Assembly: GCA_042408215.1 (NCBI GenBank)
Contig: JAYFMW010000030.1
Location: 256,001 to 320,000, forward strand
Reading direction: 5' to 3'
DNA: 64,000 bases
From: Microcoleus sp.
Lineage (GTDB): Bacteria > Cyanobacteriota > Cyanobacteriia > Cyanobacteriales > Microcoleaceae
Shown: in pieces, positions 20,414 through 29,898 of the stretch
Layout of the letters: each line of letters begins with the position of its first letter
Position numbering within the stretch: the first letter of the stretch is position 1
Notes under the pieces: generated by a model
Told to the model about the DNA's origin: nothing
The model's database searches: none
Seen by the model: the letters and a program-made list of their open reading frames with translations, nothing else
Program-made: the position numbers and the translations under genes

Positions 20414-22222
20414 ATGGCACTAATTGTTCAGAAATATGGTGGTTCCTCGGTTGGTACTGTCTCGCGCATTCTTGAAGTAGCCCGACGAGTTGTAAAAACA
20501 GCACAGCTTGGCAACTCCCTAGTTGTCGTACTTTCAGCAATGGGGAAAACCACCGACGGTTTGGTTAAACTAGCTAAGGAAATTTCCGCAAATCCCAACA
20601 AGCGCGAAATGGATATGTTGCTCTCCACTGGGGAACAAGTGTCGATCGCACTTCTCAGTATGGCATTACAAGAACTCGGACAACCCGCCATATCCCTCAC
20701 AGGCGCTCAAGTTGGCATCGTCACCGAAGCCGCCCACACCCGCGCCCGGATTTTGCGGATCGATCCGACTCGGATTGAAAGCCAGCTAAACAGCGGTAAA
20801 GTCGTTGTGGTTGCGGGTTTCCAAGGCATTTCCGATGCCGAGGAAATGGAAATTACCACCTTGGGGCGAGGCGGTTCCGACACTTCAGCGGTAGCCCTAG
20901 CCGCAGCGTTGCGGGCCGACAGGTGCGAAATTTATACTGACGTGCCCGGAATTCTGACTACAGATCCGCGCCTGATTCCCGACGCCCAGTTGATGGACGA
21001 AATCACCTGCGACGAAATGCTGGAATTGGCGAGTTTGGGCGCAAAAGTCCTGCACCCCCGGGCGGTAGAAATTGCCAAAAATTACGGCGTGCCCTTGATA
21101 GTGCTGTCTAGTTGGAGTGACGCCCCCGGTACGCGGGTGGTGTCGCCCCCCCCCCAGCCACGCCCTTTGGAGGGCTTGGAGCTCGCAAAAGCGGTGGATG
21201 CGGTCGAATTTGACTTGGATCAGGCGGGGGTGTCGCTGCTGCGTTTGCCCGATCGCCCTGGAGTAGCAGCGCGGTTATTCGGTGCGATCGCCCAACAAAA
21301 TCTCGATGTAGACTTAATTATCCAGTCAATTCATGAAGGAAATACCAACGATATTGCCTTCACAGTAACGCGAAATTCTCTGCAACAAGCCGCCGCAGTT
21401 GCAGATGCCATTATTCCCACCCTCGGCAAGAATTCTCGCCCAGAATTGGGAGAACCGGAAGTGAAAACAGAAGAACGACCCATAGCTAAAGTTAGCATTG
21501 CAGGGGCGGGAATGATCGGGCGTCCGAGAGTAGCAGCCGAAATGTTTAAAACTTTAGCGGATGCGGGAATTAACATTCAAATGATTTCCACTTCCGAGGT
21601 GAAAGTTAGTTGTACGATCGATGCTACGGATTGCGATCGGGCAGTTGGCGAACTCTGCAAAACATTTGAGGTGGCCAATTCCCCTGTAGCGCTCAATTCC
21701 TCATCACCAAAACCCCCAGCAGTGCGGGCTGTAGCCCTCGATCTCAACCAAGCACGTTTAGCAATTCGCCATTTGCCCGATCGGCCCGGAGTAGCAGCAA
21801 AACTGTTCGGACTTTTAGCCGAAGAAAATATCAGCGTAGACATGATCATTCAGTCCCAGCGCTGCCACAATATTGACGGTATTTTAACTCGCGACATTGC
21901 ATTTACTGTCGCCCAAATGGATGCAGAAGCCGCTCAAACCGCCTTAGAAAAAGCAGCCCACGAGTTAGGATGGGGCGAAGTCGCAGTTGATACAGAAATT
22001 GCCAAAGTTAGCGTCGTCGGTTCCGGGATGATAGCGCATCCCGGAGTAGCCGCCAAAATGTTTGAAGCCCTTTCCCAGCACAAAATCAACATTCAAATGA
22101 TTGCAACTTCCGAGATTAAAATTAGCTGCGTTGTCGATGAAGAACAAGGCGTAATAGCTTTGCGCGCAATCCACACAGCATTTGAACTTGCCGGCACCGA
22201 AAAAATCCAAGTTCCCGCCTAA
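20414..22222 (+). CDS. lysC: Aspartate kinase, cyanobacterial type with four ACT domains
   Basis: [19 protein letters not shown] and repeated ACT motifs ([16 protein letters not shown]). Confidence 0.97.
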   Translation: MALIVQKYGGSSVGTVSRILEVARRVVKTAQLGNSLVVVLSAMGKTTDGLVKLAKEISANPNKREMDMLLSTGEQVSIALLSMALQELGQPAISLTGAQVGIVTEAAHTRARILRIDPTRIESQLNSGKVVVVAGFQGISDAEEMEITTLGRGGSDTSAVALAAALRADRCEIYTDVPGILTTDPRLIPDAQLMDEITCDEMLELASLGAKVLHPRAVEIAKNYGVPLIVLSSWSDAPGTRVVSPPPQPRPLEGLELAKAVDAVEFDLDQAGVSLLRLPDRPGVAARLFGAIAQQNLDVDLIIQSIHEGNTNDIAFTVTRNSLQQAAAVADAIIPTLGKNSRPELGEPEVKTEERPIAKVSIAGAGMIGRPRVAAEMFKTLADAGINIQMISTSEVKVSCTIDATDCDRAVGELCKTFEVANSPVALNSSSPKPPAVRAVALDLNQARLAIRHLPDRPGVAAKLFGLLAEENISVDMIIQSQRCHNIDGILTRDIAFTVAQMDAEAAQTALEKAAHELGWGEVAVDTEIAKVSVVGSGMIAHPGVAAKMFEALSQHKINIQMIATSEIKISCVVDEEQGVIALRAIHTAFELAGTEKIQVPA

Positions 22223-22241
22223 TACTTGTATGGCGGTTTTC

Positions 22242-22725
22242 GGTAGGGACACTCCAAGAGCCTATTAGTGTCAACTTAACGTCAAACCCTGTCATATCAA
22301 TTCCGTTTACACCGGAATGATATCATTTCGGATTTGATATATAGCAACCGCCAAGGTGGTTAAAGCATTTATGGTTATTGAACCCTTCGACTCCGCTCAG
22401 GGAGCAATGACCTTCTTCGCCTTGGCGACTGCTATACATATGTCATTGCGAGCTCAAGCGCGAAGCAATCGCAATCACTACGATATCATTCCGATGCTGC
22501 CGGAAGTGATATCACAGACTGCTGTTTAACTATTAAGCTTAGATCCCCCCTAGCCCCCAGGGCGGTTTCATTCTCAGGAAAATCGCGATTTTGTAGGGGT
22601 AGTGCTACCCCTACTCCCCGTACCCCCCCACCGACCCTCGAATGGGCGTTTGGACCATCTCGGCAACCACGGGGGGATTACCCCTACAAAGAATGAAACA
22701 GCCCGGCCCTAGCCCCCCTTAAGAA
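22242..22725. mobile_element. Nest of at least four MITE families inside a REP-like palindrome
   Basis: Terminal inverted repeats and target-site duplications, detailed in findings. Confidence 0.85.
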
Positions 22726-22727
22726 GA

Positions 22728-23783
22728 TTGGAATTATGCAGTTTTATGAGCAGCTAAAAAGTCGATTAAAATCCCCACTCTCGGAACATTTCGGCTAAAA
22801 GCATCAACACCATTCCCCTGCGTAGCACAGACATTCACTATTTAACGCACAGCAGATAAATGGTATATTTCCTTCGCAATCAAAGCCGAAAAGATGCCAC
22901 CGCTTTTCCATCTAGTTGCTGAACCCATAGGGATTGATATCAATTCCGGTTGTATCGGAATTAATCTTACCCGAAATCAGGACACGGCTTGGCCTTAGTC
23001 CCTACCGCGATCAATTGTAGGGACTAAGGCCAAGCCGTGTCCTCTATATCATTCCGGCGCAGCCGGAATTGATATGACTTAGGAGTATCAACTTTTGCTA
23101 CTATTTCCGATGGTAAGTTTTATGAGTCTCCCCGTCCACTGAAAAAAGCGAAAACCAAGCTGAGTAAAGAACAGTGGAGAAATCGGCAACAGCAATTAGG
23201 TAATAGAAACTTAGGTTTAAGAGGATATAATAATGCTCATAAACACTATCGTATAATCGCTAAAATTCACGCGAAAACAGCTAATTAACGGCGAGATTTT
23301 TTGCCAAGAACTACGACAAAAATTAGCTAGAAATATGCCCACATTCGCATCGAAGTTTTGAAGGTGAGCGAGATGGTTGCTAACCATAAGTTAGCAGCAG
23401 CTATTTCAGATTGTGGTTGCTCTGAATTTCGTCGTCAATTGGAATATAAGTCGGAAATGTATAGCACGAAAGTTGAGCTTTAGGGACACGGCGTGCCTTG
23501 TCCGTACTAAATAGATGGTTTCCTGCTTCTAAAACCTGTTTAAACTGCGGTCATACTCAACCGATGCCATTAAAAGAACGAGTTTTTGATTGTGGCTGTT
23601 GCGCTCTATTAATCAATCGAGATTTGAACGTCGCAATCAATTTATCTCGTTACTCAGAATTAGTAAGACCGGCTCGGTCGCTCCGTTACACCTGCGGACA
23701 AGCAGGAGCCGACTCCCTTGGTAGATGCAGTTCGAGAACATCAAATCTGCCATAGGTAGGTTTGAGTAGATTTCATAGAACGG
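22728..23783 (+). pseudogene. tnpB: tnpB pseudogene, central and C-terminal part plus IS607-like right end
   Basis: KSIKIPTLGTFRLK, DKWYISF, GI[MITE]DLGVSTFAT, RWFPASKTCLNCG and NRDLNVAIN with stops. End motif TAGGTTTGAGTAGATTTCATAGAACGG. Confidence 0.85.
22938..23074. mobile_element. 137-bp MITE (TATCAATTCCGG ends, TGA duplication) inserted in tnpB
   Basis: TGA at 22935-22937 and 23075-23077. Removing it restores GGG ATT GAC TTA GGA. Confidence 0.9.
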
Positions 23784-23878
23784 ATCGGGGTCTTTTGTTT
23801 TGCAGAAAGTCGATCGCCCATCAGATCAAATCCGCGCTTCATCGTCCTGGTCAAGTCGAGTCAAGTCGCAACCATATA

Positions 23879-24094
23879 TATAGCAACCGCCAAGATGGTT
23901 AGGAAACTTCGACTGCGCGAGCATGCATCGCATTTTTGGTGATTGAGCCCAACGGCTGCGTTGATCCAGAGCGTAGTCGAAGGACTCAGGATCAACTCCG
24001 TCGAAATGTCCGGTTTCTGAGTGCTTTTCGACCGAGTTTATCCGCTCGCGGAGCCGAAGGGCTCAATCACCTAAGCGCCTTGGCGACTGCTATA
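23879..24094. mobile_element. MITE with TATAGCAACCGCCAAG / CTTGGCGACTGCTATA ends
   Basis: Same ends as 22340-22436, expanded by small CTTCGACT-type repeats. Confidence 0.75.
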
Positions 24095-24596
24095 TCGAAG
24101 ATATATCAGCGCAATTTTCAGTTTTTCGACTCACTGTCAACCGTCAACTGTCAACTGTCAACAATCATCTCCAAGAGTGCAACCGGAATCGAGATCACCG
24201 TATTTACACCGAGAATCTGCGGTGAGTGGGTGAAGTGGTGAGGGGGTAGAGGGGGGATTTATGAGACATCGCGATCGCTCAACCCCTATAAAACACGGCA
24301 TTTTTAGCCATAATTGCCCAAATAAACAACTCATGCCCGATCGGAGTCCAAGTAGCTGAATCAACAAAAATCATGTTCTTCAGAATTTCCTCATATTTTT
24401 TAGCTAACGTTTAGTTCAAGGTCTTGAATTCGAGGTCGATCGTCGTTAGCAGCATCCCCCTGCTCAAGAACGAACCTGTCGTCAGGGGAGTGAGGGTGAG
24501 GGATTCTACTTTGAATTGACGACTGCGACAGCATTGCCACCTTCAGGTAAAGCCAAGTCTGAGTATTTATTGTTAAAGAGTGTGGAGATTTTTGAA

Positions 24597-24926
24597 ATGT
24601 CTAATCAGCTATCTTCTCAAGGTAACAGCCTGATTCTGTGCTATTACGCAAATGTTTCCCACCAAATTCAGGTGGTTCGGATTGGGAACATTCCGAATTG
24701 GTATTTTGAAAGGGTGATGTTTCCGGGACAGCGACTGATGTTTCAATCCTGGCCAGAAGCAGTATTAGAAATTCATACGGGTGCGGTAGCAAGTGCTATT
24801 TTATCAGACAAGATTCCTTGCTACGTGCTGCGGGTCATAGAAGAGATCAATGCTGATGAAGTACAAGATGAGGCAGAAGATGACGTAGAAGTTAGGGCCG
24901 TGGAGCAATATCCAGTCTGCGCCTGA
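24597..24926 (+). CDS. DUF1830 family protein
   Basis: ILCYYAN, QIQVVRI, WYFERVMFPGQRL and LEIHT motifs. Confidence 0.85.
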   Translation: MSNQLSSQGNSLILCYYANVSHQIQVVRIGNIPNWYFERVMFPGQRLMFQSWPEAVLEIHTGAVASAILSDKIPCYVLRVIEEINADEVQDEAEDDVEVRAVEQYPVCA

Positions 24927-24994
24927 TCGGATTAAATAGACATCTCTCATCGACTCAAGCAAGCACAAAAATATTAGTTAATTAATGTTTCAGG

Positions 24995-25354
24995 ATGGAA
25001 AAAATGCCTAAAACTCTTGTCAATATTACCTTATCTGTAGTCACGGAGGAAGTAGAAATTATCTTGGAGTCTTACCCCAGATATCCCTATCAAGAAGCTT
25101 TTTCACCTTCGGGCTTACGACAGGATTTAATTGCTTACGTGCTGAGCCGCGTTCCTAATACTTATAGTGCGATCGAAGCGTCTGAGTCTGCATCGAACCA
25201 AACAGTCCAGGTTCGCTGTTCCTCAGAGCAGTTGCTGCACATAGAAAACTTGATTCACACAGGAATTCGCGACGTGCTGTATAGCTATCACAAGATCGAC
25301 TACCTCGTTCCTGAAACAGTTAGATTCGGGGCGAGAGTTTCTAGTTGGTCGTGA
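24995..25354 (+). CDS. ComFB family protein
   Basis: YPYQEAF...LRQDLIAYVLSRVPNTY pattern. Confidence 0.7.
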   Translation: MEKMPKTLVNITLSVVTEEVEIILESYPRYPYQEAFSPSGLRQDLIAYVLSRVPNTYSAIEASESASNQTVQVRCSSEQLLHIENLIHTGIRDVLYSYHKIDYLVPETVRFGARVSSWS

Positions 25355-25407
25355 TAGTTGGTCGGGCATCAGGGGAGGTTAACCAAGCCTAGACCAAGGG
25401 GATTTAT

Positions 25408-25702
25408 AAGAAATACCCTGAAAACCCTGTGACTTTAGTCCAGGGATGAAAGGGCGTGGCAGGATTTATCCTGCCTGCCCCATCTTGACAAACTGATTTT
25501 GGTTTGATAAAGTTGTTGAAACTTAGTTGGTGAAAAACCCGACAGTTGCAAGCCGTTAGGCACAAAAGTAGCCATAGACTCAGCCACTCGCTGTGTGGGT
25601 AGTGGGTATCTGACTTACCCTTTAAGAATTAAACTTTGGGCGGATTCATCCCCCAATGTTTGTCCTTAAGAATCCCCGCGTCTTCAGACCGGGGAGTGTC
25701 AA
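25408..25702 (+). mobile_element. Non-autonomous IS200/IS605 derivative (PATE-like) with no ORF
   Basis: TTAT upstream, left hairpin CCCTG...CAGGG, right end GAATCCCCGCGTCTTCAGACCGGGGAGTGTCAA. Confidence 0.8.
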
Positions 25703-25728
25703 ACCTAGCTAGTTACCTGAGCAATTTT

Positions 25729-26165
25729 TGTGCTTCTATCTATCAAAACTCAGCTCAAATTAACCAATAGCTAAACCCCAGTTACGAGTAAATATGCTAG
25801 GGCAATATTTACTTATAACTGGGGTTTAGCTACGTGGAAAAGCTGAGATGAAGATGGATGGAAGCCTAATAAATATATCCTGAAAAAGTTCTTGGACAAT
25901 CCTGTTATATCATGTCCGGTGGATTAGCTGTCCCCCGTGAACTCCGTGAAGAATCTCGCCCGATACTTCGCTAAACGGCAGTTCATACTGAGTCCTGAGC
26001 CTTCCCCAGGCTCAGGACTCAGTATGACAAATACCGGTGCTCGTAAGTGATTAACCGGACTAGATATTAAACCAGAACTCAGTTGGATTAAAGAAAAGGG
26101 AATTTGTTAAAAAATCACTCAATATGCTTTCGATAATTTAGGTAATGCGTTGGAAGGATTCTGCA
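25729..26165 (+). pseudogene. tnpB: tnpB pseudogene, N-terminal part, interrupted by a MITE
   Basis: LLSIKTQLKL, TYNWGLATW, LKKFLDNPV[MITE]KPELSWIKEKGIC*KITQYAFDNLG. Confidence 0.8.
25908..26066. mobile_element. MITE with TATCATGTCCGG / CCGGACTAGATA ends and TTA duplication
   Basis: Removing it restores GTT AAA CCA GAA in the tnpB frame. Confidence 0.85.
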
Positions 26166-26462
26166 CAGATTACTATTACACGGGCTATGGTATCGCACCG
26201 ATAGCACCACCGCCACAGCCAGCGCCACAACCCTAATTGCACGGTTGCTCCGCCAAAGTGTTGCCAAAATGCCATCAAAGAGTCATCCCCACCGCTTTTT
26301 TGAGATCAGGTGTGGGGATGAATGGGAGTAAAAGCTCCATAGACGGAATAAAATATAGTGCGCTGTCACGCACCTTCCCAAGGCTCATTGACTTGATGGC
26401 TCGATCGTACATTGTGTAGATACAAACCGCTGATTTTTTTGGGGAAGAAGTTAAAGAAGATG

Positions 26463-26634
26463 TCAGAGTTTCTTCATCCAATATTTTAAGAGATTTTCTT
26501 TGACCATGTTTTGCCGCATAACTTCGATCAGGTATTCCTGAGCTTGGTCTTGGCTTAAGGTTTTAACTTGGTCGCGCAGCACTTGCAGTTTGAACTGCTG
26601 TTCCATGCTCAGACTGGTTGTAGGGCATATCCAT
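26463..26634 (-). pseudogene. nblA: Phycobilisome degradation protein NblA with a +1 frameshift at codon 4 (or a 47-aa form from ATG 26606)
   Basis: LSMEQQFKLQVLRDQVKTLSQDQAQEYLIEVMRQNMVKENL. RBS GGAGGAG precedes ATG 26634. Span is 172 nt (3n+1). Confidence 0.88.
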
Positions 26635-26869
26635 AAATCGCTCCTCCAGTTTCCTACGTGAGATTAATCGAGGTGAGATATATCAGATTGACGTTTCGCA
26701 GGATTTGTTGTATTCCTCTAGTGTAAACTATCATAACTTTTGCTTGACAATCTGTCCAAAATACACATTTTGTAACTAATTTGTGTGGCAAAAGTACATC
26801 TAAGTGGGGGGAGCTTTATCATAAAAAAACGTACAAACCGGGAAGCTTAAGCCAAAGGAGCTATTTATT

Positions 26870-27466
26870 ATGGATGCAATGGAGTTTTTTCAGAGCAGTG
26901 CAGGGGAGTGGCGATCGCAGCGCAGCACTCACCATCTCGCTTTCCGCCAAGCGGAGGTGGGGGATTCAAATATTCAGGTGACGACCCTGGGCGCAGATGA
27001 CGCGCGAGTGGCAGAGATTTGTCAGATGCACGAAGTTGACCCGATTCGCGCGGCTGGGGGGGCTTTTGTGACTTGGCACGGCTCGATGGCGTGGGATAAG
27101 GATGATGAGAATCACAAGGGCTCTACGGTGTTCGCGATCGTCCCCGATCCTGAAAATCCGCGGCAGGGTTTGATGTTGCGAGAACGGGGCTATGCGGAAA
27201 TTATGCCGGTGGCGGGCCGTTTTGAGATGGACGATCAGGATGGATTGCTGCTGATTACGGAATACGAGACGATGAGTTCGATCGAGCGTTTCTGGTTTGC
27301 TAATCCGAATGTGCGGATGCGGACAAGTTCGGTAAAGCGCTTTGGGGGTTTCAGCACTTCGACTTTTTGTACGGAAATTCGGGTGGAACCGGATGCGGAT
27401 GCAGCGAAGCAAGTAGCAGAGGAGCAGGCAGTCACCACCGAGTTTTACTCGGCTCTAGGCTGGTAA
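26870..27466 (+). CDS. cpcS: Phycobiliprotein lyase, CpcS/CpeS family
   Basis: GEWRSQRSTHHL, LRERGYAE and ERFWF..NVRMR motifs. Confidence 0.92.
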   Translation: MDAMEFFQSSAGEWRSQRSTHHLAFRQAEVGDSNIQVTTLGADDARVAEICQMHEVDPIRAAGGAFVTWHGSMAWDKDDENHKGSTVFAIVPDPENPRQGLMLRERGYAEIMPVAGRFEMDDQDGLLLITEYETMSSIERFWFANPNVRMRTSSVKRFGGFSTSTFCTEIRVEPDADAAKQVAEEQAVTTEFYSALGW

Positions 27467-27598
27467 TTTAGTCATTATGTCATTAGTCATTAGTCATTGG
27501 TCATTACTTTGGCTTCGTTCGCCAGAGACCGGGAACGAGAGTAACTACTGACTAATGACTACTGACTAATGACTGCTGACTTCCCACAGTCAACAAAT

Positions 27599-27616
27599 GT
27601 TACAGATTGTTGCAAA
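27599..27616 (+). promoter_or_regulatory. Candidate HLR1 (RpaB) direct repeat upstream of cpcG
   Basis: GTTACAGA-tt-GTTGCAAA, 10-bp period, imperfect match. Confidence 0.4.
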
Positions 27617-27740
27617 AATTCAGGAAAATCAGATTTAGATTGCGGGAATCCCCTAATCTGTATGTTGGTTAGTTGTATCATTACGCTGGCCGATCGCAGT
27701 GTCAACTATTTCTGAAATTTGAGATAACGGAGATTATAAC

Positions 27741-28499
27741 GTGGCGCTACCTTTGTTGAACTACGCTCCTAAGAGCCAGAACCAGCGCGTAGCTGGTTAT
27801 GAAGTGGGAGGCGACGAGCAGCCGAGAATTTTCACAACTGAAAATGTGCTCTCGTCCGGGAACATGGAAAATTTGATTTGGGCTGCATATCGCCAGATTT
27901 ACAGCGAACACCAAATCCTCAAGAGCAACCGCCAAACGTCTTTGGAGTCGCAACTCAAGTTCGGCCAAATTACGGTGCGGGATTTTATTCGCGGTTTGGC
28001 TACTTCGTCTCCTTTCTTGGAACGGAATTACCAAACTAACAGTAACTACCGGTTTGCGGAAATGTGCGTGCAGCGCATTTTGGGCCGGGATGTTTACAGC
28101 GAGCGCGAAAAGATTGCTTGGTCGATCGTAATTGCCAATAAGGGGCCTCAAGGGTTTATTGACGAGTTGGTCAATAGCGATGAGTACCTGAACAAGTTCG
28201 GCTACGATACAGTACCTTACCAGCAGCGCCGCATCTTGCCTCAACGAGTTGGAGGCGAAACACCTTTCAACTTGAAGACACCTCGCTACGGTGAGTACCA
28301 CCGTTCGCAGCTTGGTTTCCCCCAAATCATTTGGCAGAGCACAGTTCGCCGTTTTGTTCCTCAAGAACTACAGCCGAAGGCTGGCGATCCGTCGAACTAT
28401 TTGGCTATGGCCCGGAATATGCCGGTGCCTGCTACTCCGCCGCAGCGGGTGCCACTGGCTAATATCAATATCGAGACGATGGTTCCCCGCCGCCGGTAA
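27741..28499 (+). CDS. cpcG: Phycobilisome rod-core linker polypeptide
   Basis: [30 protein letters not shown] and VPYQQRR motifs. Confidence 0.95.
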   Translation: MALPLLNYAPKSQNQRVAGYEVGGDEQPRIFTTENVLSSGNMENLIWAAYRQIYSEHQILKSNRQTSLESQLKFGQITVRDFIRGLATSSPFLERNYQTNSNYRFAEMCVQRILGRDVYSEREKIAWSIVIANKGPQGFIDELVNSDEYLNKFGYDTVPYQQRRILPQRVGGETPFNLKTPRYGEYHRSQLGFPQIIWQSTVRRFVPQELQPKAGDPSNYLAMARNMPVPATPPQRVPLANINIETMVPRRR

Positions 28500-28745
28500 T
28501 TGATAGTGCCTGGTGCGCTTAATTGTGTCGGGCGATCGACTTTTAGTCTGAAAAAATTTTGAGTTTTGAGTTTTGAGGTTTGAGTTTTTTAGGAAACTTG
28601 GAATCCAAAACTCAGAACTCATATTTTTTAGTCATTAGTCATTAGTCATTAGTCATTAGTCATTAGTCATTAGTCATTAGTAACAAATAACAAATAACAA
28701 ATAACAAATAACAAATAACAAGTAACAAGTAACAAGTAACAATTA

Positions 28746-29708
28746 TCAATTATTAGCTCGCAGCCGCAGTATTTTTAATAGAGTATTGAATTGAGCTGGC
28801 AAAGGTGCGATCGCCTCGATCAATTCTCCTGATATTGGATGCTGCAACGTCAGTTGCCATGCGTGGAGGGCTTGTCCGGTTAAATTGACGCCGATAGAAC
28901 GGTTGGAACTGTACATCGGGTCGCCGATAATCGGATGTTTGATCTCGGCTGTGTGAACGCGAATTTGATGGGTGCGACCGGTTTCTAATTGATAGTGAAT
29001 CAGGCTGTAGTTGCCGAGTCTTTCTTTGATTGTCCAGTGAGTAATTGCGGGGCGGCCGCCTTTTTCTACTGGTACTATGCCCATTTTTTTGCGGTCTGTG
29101 GGATGCCGTCCGATTGGTAAGTCGATCGTGCCTGTTTCGGCGTTAGGAATGCCGTAAACTATGCCTAAATATTCGCGGCGGGCGGTTTTGGCTTTCAGTT
29201 GGGCTTGTAGGTGTTGGTGGGCCATGTCGGTTTTGGCGATCGCGATCGCTCCTGTTGTATCTTTGTCTAATCTGTGTACGATTCCCGGCCTTTGGACTCC
29301 GCCGATTGCTGCTAGGGGACAGTGGGCTAAAAGGGCGTTAACTAATGTGCCGTCTGGATGTCCGGCGGCGGGGTGGACGACTAATCCGGCGGGTTTGTTG
29401 ATGATAATTAGGCTGTCGTCTTCGTAGAGTATGTCGAGGGGAATTGCTTCAGGCTGTAATTTTGTGGGCTGGGTTTCGGGTAAAGTGAGGTGGATGCGAT
29501 CGCCCGTTTTTACTGATATTTTTTTCGAGGTGCAAGTTTCGTCATTGACTTTGACGTTACCTTGTGATATGAGGGTTTGAACGCGCGATCGGGATAAATC
29601 TGGGTTCTGATTTGACAGCCAAATATCTAATCGTTGATTGACTTTAGTATGATTAAATTCCTCTGTATTTTCGACTGTGTACATTTGTTCTGTGTCTATT
29701 TCTATCAT
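28746..29708 (-). CDS. RluA/RluD family pseudouridine synthase
   Basis: S4 domain, NKPAGLVVHP, HRLDKDTTG and TGRTHQIR motifs. Confidence 0.95.
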   Translation of the reverse strand: MIEIDTEQMYTVENTEEFNHTKVNQRLDIWLSNQNPDLSRSRVQTLISQGNVKVNDETCTSKKISVKTGDRIHLTLPETQPTKLQPEAIPLDILYEDDSLIIINKPAGLVVHPAAGHPDGTLVNALLAHCPLAAIGGVQRPGIVHRLDKDTTGAIAIAKTDMAHQHLQAQLKAKTARREYLGIVYGIPNAETGTIDLPIGRHPTDRKKMGIVPVEKGGRPAITHWTIKERLGNYSLIHYQLETGRTHQIRVHTAEIKHPIIGDPMYSSNRSIGVNLTGQALHAWQLTLQHPISGELIEAIAPLPAQFNTLLKILRLRANN

Positions 29709-29898
29709 TTAGTTTCTACTGTCACTTGCCAAGTATCTAAAGTGGTGTCGATAATGCGAGCTAGATTTGTCTGAGAATTAATAATGAGACTCGTGCATCA
29801 AAACCAAAGAAACCGGGTTTTTGTCAGATGCCAAGGCTGTAATCAAAGATACTGATAAAAACCCGGTTTCTGACTACCCGTAAGTAATTCCTGTGAAA

